A stretch of DNA of 61,441 bases, the filler included. It is 7 parts of 7 records of this genome, joined end to end, with 100 filler letters (N's around TTAATTAATTAA, not from the genome) between each part and the next. Parts side by side here need not be neighbours in the genome. Positions count along the whole stretch, not along the records: positions 1 to 12,962 come from SRR31156797_21373; 6 more parts are not named here. One strand, given 5' to 3'. The translations under genes were made by a program, and so were the position numbers. Under the pieces are notes generated by a model, which was not told where the DNA came from, made no database searches, and saw nothing but the letters and a program-made list of their open reading frames with translations. Below are positions 1 to 9,007 of the stretch, piece after piece (the stretch's first letter is position 1; every line of letters starts with the position of its first letter).

Positions 1-1
1 C

Positions 2-49
2 GGTGGAAACGGTAACGGCGGTGGAAACGGAGGAGGTAATGGTAAATAA
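2..49 (+). CDS. 3' end of an upstream gene with a Gly/Asn-rich tail (GGNGNGGGNGGGNGK*), partial
   Basis: Frame +2 reads GGT GGA AAC GGT AAC GGC GGT GGA AAC GGA GGA GGT AAT GGT AAA TAA; truncated by the window edge. Confidence 0.6.
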   Translation, partial: GGNGNGGGNGGGNGK

Positions 50-758
50 AAGCCTCTTTTTAATTATACTATTATCAGTCAGTGTTTTTGCCTCAAATAT
101 CTTAGAACAAATAGATAAAAAAATGTCTCCAGGGTCTAGCGAAAGCTATAAAAAACTTGTCAATATTGAACCTGATGGGGCTAAAAAAGAGTTTTTACTC
201 TATCAAGCAAGAAAAGGGAATGATAAAATGGTATCAGCTTTTTTAAAGCCTGATTCAGAAAAAGGAAGAACCACACTTCGAGTAGGTGATAATATGTGGC
301 TCTATCTTCCTGATGTTGGACGTGCAATACGAATCACTTCTATGCAAAGTGTAGTTGGAGGAGTTTTTAATAACTCGGATATCATGAGACTTGATTTTAG
401 TACAGAATATGATATTGTCAATGAAAAAGATGAAGGCAATGTTATTGTTGTTGAAACAAAAGCAAAGTCAGATACAGTTGCTTATGATAAACTCATTATG
501 AAAGTAGATAAAAAGACTACTACTCCAATAGAGATAGAGTGTTATACTTCAACAGGAATGCTTATCAAGACTTTATATTATAAAGATATCAAAGACTTTG
601 GGAATGGGATTATACGACCTGCTTATATGGAGACTTTAAGTCCTTTATATCAAGGATATAAATCAGTGATGATCTATGGGAAAATTGCTCCAAAAGAGTT
701 TAGTGATGAGGCTTTTACACTGGATAATCTTTCAAAGGTTGAAAACTTACGAAGATAG
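39..758 (+). CDS. Outer-membrane lipoprotein-sorting protein (LolA-like family)
   Basis: ATG at 39 after GGAGGAGG; signal peptide MVNKSLFLIILLSVSVFA; family-typical FLKPDSEKG..LRVGDNMWLYLP and GGVFNNSD. Confidence 0.75.
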   Translation: MVNKSLFLIILLSVSVFASNILEQIDKKMSPGSSESYKKLVNIEPDGAKKEFLLYQARKGNDKMVSAFLKPDSEKGRTTLRVGDNMWLYLPDVGRAIRITSMQSVVGGVFNNSDIMRLDFSTEYDIVNEKDEGNVIVVETKAKSDTVAYDKLIMKVDKKTTTPIEIECYTSTGMLIKTLYYKDIKDFGNGIIRPAYMETLSPLYQGYKSVMIYGKIAPKEFSDEAFTLDNLSKVENLRR

Positions 759-761
759 TAG

Positions 762-1877
762 ATGAAGAAGCTTTATTTAATAATTCCTATTTTTACAAGT
801 TTTATATATGCTGAAGATTATGGCTTTAGTATGGATGAACTTGAAACCATTGATACAAAACCTTATGAATATAGTGCTTATTTCAAAGGGGAGCATAAAT
901 ATCAAGTTTTAAATGAAGACTCCCCTTCATATCCTTTGAAAAATAAAGATTCACAAAACAGCTATTTCGGTGAGCTGTTTTTCAATTATAAATATTTTCA
1001 AGAAAAAACGACTTTTCATATAGATGCGCTTGCAAATTATGAAAATATAGATAATCAAGAAGAGGATACATATACTTTAAATCAGGGATATATAAACTAT
1101 AAATACAATAGTCATCATCAAATCAATCTAGGAAAAATCACTTCCAAATGGGGAAAAGGATATTTTTTTACCCCTGTAGCTTTTATTGATAGAAAAAAAG
1201 ATCCAAATGATCCAGAAGCTAGTCGTGAAGGATTTAGTCAAATAAACTATAAATATAATAAGGTTTTTAATGATGATCTTCAAAATCTTAGTCTTGATCT
1301 AGTATATCTTAGAACTACAAAACACTTTAATAATGATCTTTTTAAAAAAAACTCAAATGTTTTAGCATTTAAAAGCTATTTTCTTTATAAAGATATAGAT
1401 ATTGACCTTATCTATATCTATAGTGATAAGAGTGAAAATAAAGTAGGAGTTGATTTCTCTACAAACCTTGAAACAAATTTTGAGATTCATGGGGAATATG
1501 GAAGATTTGACAATGGTTATTACTCTTATCTTTTAGGGATAAAGTATCTCACTGAAAAAGATTTAACGATACTGAGTGAATACTATTATCAAAATGAAGA
1601 GCAACCTAGAGATAGCTCATTTTGGGATAATAGATATCTTATTACGAGCTTTACACAAAAAGAGCCTTTGGATATTTTGTATTACAATATCTATTTGAAA
1701 AATATGTTTAATCTTGATGATAGTTCATACCAAAATAAAATAGGGATAGTTTATTCTGGTATGAAGAACTTAGAGATAGATTTTTCTTTGAGTAAAAACT
1801 ATGGGGATACCCAAAGTGAATTTGGTACAAAACTAATTGATAGGTTCTCTTGGTTAAGTATCAAATATAGTTTTTAA
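762..1877 (+). CDS. Hypothetical outer-membrane beta-barrel protein
   Basis: Signal peptide, aromatic-rich alternating pattern, C-terminal KYSF; 3 bp after the LolA-like gene. Confidence 0.6.
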   Translation: MKKLYLIIPIFTSFIYAEDYGFSMDELETIDTKPYEYSAYFKGEHKYQVLNEDSPSYPLKNKDSQNSYFGELFFNYKYFQEKTTFHIDALANYENIDNQEEDTYTLNQGYINYKYNSHHQINLGKITSKWGKGYFFTPVAFIDRKKDPNDPEASREGFSQINYKYNKVFNDDLQNLSLDLVYLRTTKHFNNDLFKKNSNVLAFKSYFLYKDIDIDLIYIYSDKSENKVGVDFSTNLETNFEIHGEYGRFDNGYYSYLLGIKYLTEKDLTILSEYYYQNEEQPRDSSFWDNRYLITSFTQKEPLDILYYNIYLKNMFNLDDSSYQNKIGIVYSGMKNLEIDFSLSKNYGDTQSEFGTKLIDRFSWLSIKYSF

Positions 1878-1878
1878 C

Positions 1879-2391
1879 TCATCTTTTTTTTGGTGTCATT
1901 ATCTTATACATAATAAAAATAAAAAAGAGTGTAATACCTATAGAAAAATAGATTGGAACTGATTTCATTATTACAAAAGTCACAATGAGTATCGCTAAAA
2001 CTGTTGGTACTTCATTGTAAGCTCTAAAAAATTTTCCACTTTTTGTACAAGTTCCATTTTCAAGCTGTTTTCTATAATATTCTAATGAAAAAGAATACGC
2101 AATTAATAAAATAAGCATAGAAAGTTTTGCATGAAACCATCCTTGCTTTAAAAGCTCTGGATTCATAATGATCATAACAATACCACTAGCAATTGTCGCC
2201 CACATCGCTGGAGCACCAATAATCTTATAAATTTTACTCTCTTGTATCTTTACTACTTCAACAAACTGCTCTTTTTCACTATGCTCTTGATGATATACAA
2301 AAAGTCTTGGGAGATAAAAAAGCATAGCCATCCAAGATAAGACTGCTATCACATGAAACGCTAATACTGGTAAATAATATTCTGCCATCAA
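1879..2391 (-). CDS. hemJ: Protoporphyrinogen oxidase HemJ
   Basis: FHVIAVLSWMAMLFYLPRLFVYH, WFHAKL and FRAYNEVPT motifs. Confidence 0.93.
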   Translation of the reverse strand: MMAEYYLPVLAFHVIAVLSWMAMLFYLPRLFVYHQEHSEKEQFVEVVKIQESKIYKIIGAPAMWATIASGIVMIIMNPELLKQGWFHAKLSMLILLIAYSFSLEYYRKQLENGTCTKSGKFFRAYNEVPTVLAILIVTFVIMKSVPIYFSIGITLFFIFIMYKIMTPKKR

Positions 2392-2435
2392 AAGTCCTAA
2401 TTATAAATTTGTGTAAGTTTAGCTAAAATGGCTTT

Positions 2436-3170
2436 ATGAAGATATTATTAGCCCCCGCAGAAACAAAACGAGATGGTGGAGATCAAGCCCCATACAATCA
2501 AAACAATTTTTACTTTAAAGCGTTTAATGATACTAGAGATACTATTGTAAAACATTATGAAAAACTCTTAAAAGAGAGTTCTTTAGAGGAGCTCTCACTT
2601 TGGTTTGGATTAAAAAAACTTGAGGAGTGTGAAAAATACAAGCAATCTATCTTAGAAAAACCTACAATAAAAGCTATTGAGCGATATACAGGTGTTGCAT
2701 TTGATGCTTTAGAATATGAAAGTTTAAATAAAAAAGAACAAAAATATTGTGATGAAAATATTATCCTATTTTCAAATCTATTTGGTCCGCTCAAAGCAGA
2801 TGACCTTATTCCAGATTATAAATTCAAACAAGGAGCAGAACTTCCTTCTATCAGTGTGATAAAAGAGTATAAAGAGGTGATACAAGAACCACTTAATGGT
2901 TTTATTGGGGAAGAAGTGATCGATCTAAGAGCTGGGTTTTATGAAAAATTTTATAAGCCAACAATGCCAACGATCACCTATAAGTTTTTAAAAGATGGCA
3001 AAGTAGTAAGTCACTGGGCAAAATTTTATCGAGGAAATATTGTTAAACAATTAGCAAAAAACAATATCACAAGTTTTGCGGAGCTTATGACTATGGAACT
3101 TGAAGATCTTAAACTACTTGAAATCCAAGAAAAAAAGAATCTTAAAACTCTTATTATGGAGATACAATAA
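2436..3170 (+). CDS. yaaA: YaaA/UPF0246 peroxide-stress family protein
   Basis: MKILLAPAETK, AIERYTGVAF, FSNLFGPL, VVSHWAKFYRG. Confidence 0.85.
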   Translation: MKILLAPAETKRDGGDQAPYNQNNFYFKAFNDTRDTIVKHYEKLLKESSLEELSLWFGLKKLEECEKYKQSILEKPTIKAIERYTGVAFDALEYESLNKKEQKYCDENIILFSNLFGPLKADDLIPDYKFKQGAELPSISVIKEYKEVIQEPLNGFIGEEVIDLRAGFYEKFYKPTMPTITYKFLKDGKVVSHWAKFYRGNIVKQLAKNNITSFAELMTMELEDLKLLEIQEKKNLKTLIMEIQ

Positions 3171-3174
3171 CTTT

Positions 3175-3720
3175 ATGAATATCGCTATGTTTGGTGGGAG
3201 TTTTGATCCTCTTCATATAGGTCATGAGCAGATAGCTCATAAAGCACTTGATCTACTTGATATAGAAAAACTGTTCATGGTTCCAACCTACCTTAATCCC
3301 TTTAAAAAGGACTATTTCTTTGATCCTAAAGAAAGGGTTCAACTTTTACACTCTTTGTTTCATGATCAAGAGAATATAGAAGTTTTAGATTATGAAATAA
3401 AGCAAAATAGAGCTGTACCATCAATAGAAACAGTGGAATATATTTTTAAAACCTTTAAGCCAAATAAACTCTATCTAATCATCGGAGCAGATAATCTTCA
3501 CTCTTTGGATAAATGGGATCAGTTTGAAAAGCTTAAAGAGCTTGTAACTTTTGTAGTATTTCATCGAAAGGGATATGAAGTTAAAAATGATATAATACCA
3601 TTTATAGATATTGAACTAGATATTGATATCAGTTCAACCAAACTTAGAGATTCAAAAGATCTCACATATGTACCAAATAAAATTAAACAAAAGGTTGCAG
3701 ATTTATGGAAGAAAGAATAA
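3175..3720 (+). CDS. nadD: Nicotinate-nucleotide adenylyltransferase
   Basis: GGSFDPLHIGH, IIGADN and ISSTKLR motifs; start moved to ATG 3175. Confidence 0.95.
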   Translation: MNIAMFGGSFDPLHIGHEQIAHKALDLLDIEKLFMVPTYLNPFKKDYFFDPKERVQLLHSLFHDQENIEVLDYEIKQNRAVPSIETVEYIFKTFKPNKLYLIIGADNLHSLDKWDQFEKLKELVTFVVFHRKGYEVKNDIIPFIDIELDIDISSTKLRDSKDLTYVPNKIKQKVADLWKKE

Positions 3721-4040
3721 AAAGAATTACTACTATTCTTGATGAAAAAAAAGCGGAGAATATTGAGATATTTGATCTTACTGATAAAGGATATATTGTC
3801 AATCAAGTTGTTATTGCAACAGCTCTAAACAATCGTCACTCGCTTTCACTTCTTACAAACTTAAAAGAGGAACTTAAACCTCTTGGAGAAGAGTTTTTAA
3901 GAACTGAAGAGGATGGAGACTGGTCTATTATCGATCTAGGAGATGTACTTATTCATATTATGACACAAGAGCATAGAGAAAAATACTCTTTAGAAAAATT
4001 CTTAGAGAATTTTAAAGCTCCTGAAAATGATGGGTTCTAA
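3705..4040 (+). CDS. rsfS: Ribosome silencing factor
   Basis: LDEKKAENI, WSIIDLGDVLIHIM..REKYSLE; canonical nadD-rsfS order. Confidence 0.93.
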   Translation: MEERIKRITTILDEKKAENIEIFDLTDKGYIVNQVVIATALNNRHSLSLLTNLKEELKPLGEEFLRTEEDGDWSIIDLGDVLIHIMTQEHREKYSLEKFLENFKAPENDGF

Positions 4041-4046
4041 AACCCA

Positions 4047-4901
4047 TTAAAACTTATATTCTAAAGAGGGTTTGATCATCTCAAACTTTTTTAGAATCTC
4101 TTCAATTTTACTTTTAACCTCATTTAGATCAACTTTTTCAATTGTTTTTACTTCTGGATAATTTGCTATACAACTCTCAAAATTACCATAAAGTGTATCA
4201 AAGTCATCCCCTTGTATTACAGGGATATTATACTTTTCAATCAAATCAAAATTTGAGATCTCTTTATCTTCTCTTTTGAAAAATACTGGTGAATTTCCAC
4301 TTGCAAGTGATTCTAACGCAGTATGGACTGAAGCTGTTAAAAGGTATTTTGTATTTTTAACTGTATCTACATACCCATCTTCTTCGATCACTTCATTAAA
4401 ATATTCAGCGATTTTCCCTTCATTTTTAAAAAAGAAATAGTGTCCCCAAATAAATGGGATATCTTTTTTAGTTCCAGTTTGAAGAAGCCTTAAAAACCAC
4501 TCACTATAGTCATCATCTGCAAAAAAGATACTTTTTTCAATCGATCCATCCCCTTTTTCAAAAAAAGTATCATCAACTATATCATAAGGGATATCCTCAC
4601 CCACTTTAAATAATGCTTGACAATACTCTTTCATATGGGCTTGCATAGTTTGGCTTGCTTCTCCACTATCATCATAGATCAGCATATCCCCACGCTCCAT
4701 TACATTTGGCATATTTCCTATAACATCTACACCAACCCCTTTATCAACGCCAAGATACTCTTTTGCAAAGGTTGCAGCTCTATAATCTGCTGAACATAGA
4801 ACTGGTTCACACTCTTTTAATGCATTGCATAAAGCACTTGCTCGTCTAATATTTTCTAATCCAAAGTTATGCCCACTTTTTGCATAAATATATAATTGCA
4901 T
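4047..4901 (-). CDS. Conserved hypothetical protein, possibly GT-B/PseG-like fold
   Basis: N-terminus YAKSGHNFGLENIRRASAL resembles PseG/SpsG; C-terminal LTASVHTALESLASGNSP resembles GT-B. Confidence 0.45.
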   Translation of the reverse strand: MQLYIYAKSGHNFGLENIRRASALCNALKECEPVLCSADYRAATFAKEYLGVDKGVGVDVIGNMPNVMERGDMLIYDDSGEASQTMQAHMKEYCQALFKVGEDIPYDIVDDTFFEKGDGSIEKSIFFADDDYSEWFLRLLQTGTKKDIPFIWGHYFFFKNEGKIAEYFNEVIEEDGYVDTVKNTKYLLTASVHTALESLASGNSPVFFKREDKEISNFDLIEKYNIPVIQGDDFDTLYGNFESCIANYPEVKTIEKVDLNEVKSKIEEILKKFEMIKPSLEYKF

Positions 4902-4912
4902 AAAATCCTCTT

Positions 4913-5299
4913 TTAATGTATAAAATGTGTAATAAGTTTATAGCCTATCATTGCAAAAAATATTGTACCTACAACATTTAAAACAATATTTAAAACTCCA
5001 TACCAAAAATGACTATTAAGTAAAACAAAACTTTCAATAGCAAAGGTTGAATAGGTAGTAAGTGCTCCTAAAAATCCTGTAATTAAAAACCCTTTGATAT
5101 ATTCTGGTGGTGTTAAAGTGATAAATAGACCTACTAATATTCCTATTATAAAACTTCCAACAATATTAACCCCAAGAGTTGCAAGGGGTAATTCATGGGG
5201 AAAATGTTTCGCGACAACTGTCCCTACATAAAATCTACAAATTGCACCAAGTGACCCACCTAAACCTACTGCAATAATATTAACATTATTAAATGTCAT
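4913..5299 (-). CDS. crcB: Fluoride efflux channel CrcB/Fluc
   Basis: GGSLGAICRF, TLGVNIVGSF, GFLGALTTYSTF. Confidence 0.95.
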   Translation of the reverse strand: MTFNNVNIIAVGLGGSLGAICRFYVGTVVAKHFPHELPLATLGVNIVGSFIIGILVGLFITLTPPEYIKGFLITGFLGALTTYSTFAIESFVLLNSHFWYGVLNIVLNVVGTIFFAMIGYKLITHFIH

Positions 5300-5978
5300 T
5301 TTGTAGCTCTTTTTTAAGAGTTTGTCGCATCTGCTCCTCTAGATCACTATACCAAGAAGTTTTTTTCTCAGCTTTAACTGCTGGGAGATATACAATCTTC
5401 ACTGTTCCTGATTTTTGCTCAAAGTTTTGTGAATCAAAAATATCTCTAGAACCTATGATAAGAATTGGTTGTACCTTCATATGATTGGTCTCAGCGATCA
5501 TTCTAGCTCCCGCTTTAAACTTACGAAGTGTTTTTCCATCACTTCTAGTCCCCTCAGGAAAAATTGCAATTGGTCGCCCTTTATGAAAACGATCTTTTGC
5601 ATCTCGTAAAAGCTTTACAAGACTTGTTTTATTTTCTCTCTCTACTACGATCATCTGTGGCGCATGTAAAATTCTTCCAAACCAAGGGATCTTTGCAATC
5701 TCTTTTTTTGCTACCCAGGCAAGGTTTCTATTATCAAGAGCTTCAAAAAGGACAATATCTAAGATAGATTGATGATTAAGCATCAACACTTCACAACTTT
5801 TATCTAATTCCCCTTTTACCTCTAGCTTCACACCCATTAACACTAACTGCATTCTTGCCCAATAGTGTCTAATAATATGATTTTTACTATTAAATATATA
5901 CATTAAAATAATTACAATAGATACTGTTAAAACAAACTGTGCTGCTGTAAATACCGCTCTAAGCTTACTAAATATCAT
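5289..5978 (-). CDS. plsC: 1-acyl-sn-glycerol-3-phosphate acyltransferase
   Basis: NHQSILD (HX4D) and IFPEGTRS. Confidence 0.93.
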   Translation of the reverse strand: MIFSKLRAVFTAAQFVLTVSIVIILMYIFNSKNHIIRHYWARMQLVLMGVKLEVKGELDKSCEVLMLNHQSILDIVLFEALDNRNLAWVAKKEIAKIPWFGRILHAPQMIVVERENKTSLVKLLRDAKDRFHKGRPIAIFPEGTRSDGKTLRKFKAGARMIAETNHMKVQPILIIGSRDIFDSQNFEQKSGTVKIVYLPAVKAEKKTSWYSDLEEQMRQTLKKELQNDI

Positions 5979-7050
5979 CTTTTTTTATCCAACCTACATT
6001 ATCATTTTTAAATATGATCTTTACAAAACCATTTTTTTCATATACTCTCTCAACAATCTCTTTATTCTCTAAAGTATTATAAACTGTAGAGTTTGATGTT
6101 GGTAAAATATATACTTTGACCCCACTATTAAGAAGTATCTTTTCATTTGGGATAAATAGATATGCTAAGATTACAATCAATAGTGTTGAAAGAATCAAAT
6201 AGATCATATCTCTTTTAAATGCGTATATAATTAATAATATGACTAATAAAACCCCTGTTGCTACTTGCTTATAAAGTACCATACTATTATGATAAGGATT
6301 GAGTTCTGTTTGAGTGCTAACTAACTCCTCTTCAAGAATAATAGGTAATTGAATCTTCACAAAACTATTTTGTTCTGTGTTATAATAGCTAAAGTTTATC
6401 TGTTTGATATAAAGAGGTGTGATCACATAATAATAAAGGTTTTGTTTTACTTCATCCTCTACTAAGCTATTAATACCCTGCTCCCCATAACTAGATAGTT
6501 CTATATCCTCTAAGTTACTACTATACCCTTCAATATTGATCGTTGTATGGAGTTCATTGTTTGAATACTGTTTTGTTTTTACACTATTTATCTTTATATC
6601 ACTTGCAATGATATTTGAAAATTGCTTTTGGTTTATTGCAATTTTTTCATACTTGATATCAACAGGAGATAAAGTGCTATGATCTATCACTTGACCATCT
6701 TTTAAAAGGGCTAAAGTGATCATTGGTAAAACAAACTCTTTATCATGAGCTTTGAACTCTAAAGTAGTAAATCTATTCCCTTCCCTTTCCTCTTTCCACT
6801 CTATAGTTTGGGTAAGCTGTTCAATATTTTCACCACCACTTACTGTAGTAATAATATTATCATAAGAAGAGATATTTTTTAAAATAATAGCTTTAAGTGT
6901 AACTTCAAACTTTTGACCAGTAAAAACACGCTTTGGATATTTTTCATATGAGAGATAGATCTCTTTTGAAATTGGGATATTAGTTTCCTCAGAATAAAGA
7001 AATGAAATAAATACAAATAGGATAAGGAATAATTTTGATATATAGTTCAC
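5968..7050 (-). CDS. Hypothetical exported membrane protein with C-terminal SH3-like domain (BatD-like)
   Basis: Signal peptide, two TM helices, C-terminal VYILPT..FVKI..VGWIK. Confidence 0.55.
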   Translation of the reverse strand: MNYISKLFLILFVFISFLYSEETNIPISKEIYLSYEKYPKRVFTGQKFEVTLKAIILKNISSYDNIITTVSGGENIEQLTQTIEWKEEREGNRFTTLEFKAHDKEFVLPMITLALLKDGQVIDHSTLSPVDIKYEKIAINQKQFSNIIASDIKINSVKTKQYSNNELHTTINIEGYSSNLEDIELSSYGEQGINSLVEDEVKQNLYYYVITPLYIKQINFSYYNTEQNSFVKIQLPIILEEELVSTQTELNPYHNSMVLYKQVATGVLLVILLIIYAFKRDMIYLILSTLLIVILAYLFIPNEKILLNSGVKVYILPTSNSTVYNTLENKEIVERVYEKNGFVKIIFKNDNVGWIKKDDI

Positions 7051-7071
7051 ATTATCCCTTATAAATTTGGT

Positions 7072-7743
7072 TTAATCAAAAAAACCTTGAAGCATTTTTA
7101 CACCATCATCACATCCAAGTAATGCTTCAATTGCACGCTCAGGATGAGGCATAAGACCAAATACATTTTTTTGTTTATTACAAACTCCAGCAATCTGCTC
7201 AACACTTCCATTAAGCACTCTAATTGCTCCCTCTTTATCACAATATCGTAGAAGGATCTGATTATTCTCTTTTAACTCTTCTAACCCATCTGGATCAATA
7301 TAATAGTTTCCATCATGGTGAGCTACAGGGATATTTACAATATCTCCGCTTTCAAACTCTTTTAAAAAGCTATTGTCACTATTAACAACTTTTAGATGGT
7401 GGAATTTTGAAATAAAATGAAGGTTGTCATTTCTTTTTAAAGCCCCTGGTAAAAGACCGATCTCTGTTAAGATTTGAAATCCATTACAGATCCCTAAAAC
7501 TTTTCCACCATTATTTGCAAACTCTTTTACTGCTGTAATGATTGCAGCATTTTTCGCTAGTGCTCCACTTCTTAAGTAATCTCCATATGAAAATCCACCT
7601 GGTACTACAATAAGATCAATATTTTCAGGAAGTGCTGTCTCTTCATGCCAAACAACCACCACTTCAGCACCTAGTTTTTCAAAAGCATATTTTGTATCAT
7701 ACTCGCAATTTGTTCCAGGAAATTGTAAAACTGCTACTCTCAT
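7072..7743 (-). CDS. purQ: FGAM synthase glutaminase subunit
   Basis: FPGTNC, PGGFSYGDYLRSG, GICNGFQ, MPHPER. Confidence 0.97.
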   Translation of the reverse strand: MRVAVLQFPGTNCEYDTKYAFEKLGAEVVVVWHEETALPENIDLIVVPGGFSYGDYLRSGALAKNAAIITAVKEFANNGGKVLGICNGFQILTEIGLLPGALKRNDNLHFISKFHHLKVVNSDNSFLKEFESGDIVNIPVAHHDGNYYIDPDGLEELKENNQILLRYCDKEGAIRVLNGSVEQIAGVCNKQKNVFGLMPHPERAIEALLGCDDGVKMLQGFFD

Positions 7744-7744
7744 C

Positions 7745-7990
7745 TTACTCTTCTATAATAATTTCATAGTCTTCAATAACAGTGTTTGCTAAAAGCTTTT
7801 CACACATGTTCGTTACTTCTGCCATTGCTGATTCTTTGTCATCACTATTAAGTTCCATAATGATTTGTTTTCCAATTCTCACATCTTTTACACTCTCTTT
7901 AAACCCAAGAGTATCTAATGTATGATGTGTTGCTTTTCCAGCAGAATCAAGAACACCTTTTTTTAAACCAATGTTAATAATAGCTTTCAT
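7745..7990 (-). CDS. purS: FGAM synthase subunit PurS
   Basis: LKKGVLD, VRIGK, MCEKLLANTVIEDY. Confidence 0.96.
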   Translation of the reverse strand: MKAIINIGLKKGVLDSAGKATHHTLDTLGFKESVKDVRIGKQIIMELNSDDKESAMAEVTNMCEKLLANTVIEDYEIIIEE

Positions 7991-8044
7991 TTTTTACCTT
8001 CACTTTATATTATTTTGCGATTATAGCGAAATATCCCTTATGGA

Positions 8045-8998
8045 CTATTTGCTAAGTCTTTCAAGAATAATTTTATATCCATCAAGAATAGCATTTTTAA
8101 TAGAATCAGGAACTTCCACTTCTAACTTCTCTCCAGCAGAAAGATCTTTTGCTTTCTCTTTCCATTGATTCTCTTTTGCAAAATTTCGAAGAATTTGTTT
8201 ATCCATAGAGATATACTCTCCTTTATCAAAATCCTCTTTTGAAATAAATCTTGAACTCTCAGGAGTTAATACCTCATCTCCTAAAACCCATTGTCCCTTA
8301 GAATCAATAAAGATTTCAAACTTTGTATCTACAATTACGATACCATTATCTTCTGTATATTTTGTGAATTCTTTAAATAGTTTTTCCATACTTGAAATGA
8401 TCTCAGGGAAAGTATCTCTTACTTTTTGTGAAGCCAAAGGCTCATCTTTGATCCCTTTTGTTGTAGGAGTAAAGATAGGAGTTTCAAATTTATGCCATTG
8501 TGCTAAATCTGATCCTAACTCTAATCCATATGGATCTTTTCCATTTTGACACGCTTCATATAGCGATCCTGTAAGATAGTTTCTAAAGATAAACTCAAAC
8601 TGTACCACATCTCCATCAATCTCAGCTTCTAATGGTTTACATAACTCCATTAGCTGACATCTTGGAGCGATCTTTAAAGATGGATCAATACTCTCTGATA
8701 AAATTGCTGTTCTAATTCCAGTCTCTTTTGCAAACTTTGCACCACTATTTGAAATAGCTGTTTGTAAAATACCCTTCCCTTCTATCTCTAGATTTAATGG
8801 AATATCAAAAACAGATGTTCTATCACTTCTTACTAAAAGAACTTTAGGATCATCCCCTGGACAAGTATAAAGATCTGCATTTTTTCCGATATAAAATAGA
8901 TTGTACCCTAACTCTTCTAACTCATCTATCCCTTTTTGAGATGTTGTTTTTTTAGATTCAGGCCAAAGACCAAGTGCAATAATATCACTGATTTTCAT
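8045..8998 (-). CDS. purC: SAICAR synthetase, long ADE1-like type
   Basis: SDRTSVFD, RNYLTGS, FTPTTK, DTKFE, DEVLTPESSRF, DKQILR; lies between ctpA and purS. Confidence 0.9.
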   Translation of the reverse strand: MKISDIIALGLWPESKKTTSQKGIDELEELGYNLFYIGKNADLYTCPGDDPKVLLVRSDRTSVFDIPLNLEIEGKGILQTAISNSGAKFAKETGIRTAILSESIDPSLKIAPRCQLMELCKPLEAEIDGDVVQFEFIFRNYLTGSLYEACQNGKDPYGLELGSDLAQWHKFETPIFTPTTKGIKDEPLASQKVRDTFPEIISSMEKLFKEFTKYTEDNGIVIVDTKFEIFIDSKGQWVLGDEVLTPESSRFISKEDFDKGEYISMDKQILRNFAKENQWKEKAKDLSAGEKLEVEVPDSIKNAILDGYKIILERLSK

Positions 8999-9007
8999 TT
9001 TTTTCCT

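Noticed and set aside
4913..5299. Fluoride riboswitch upstream of crcB
   Set aside because: crcB overlaps plsC, leaving no leader
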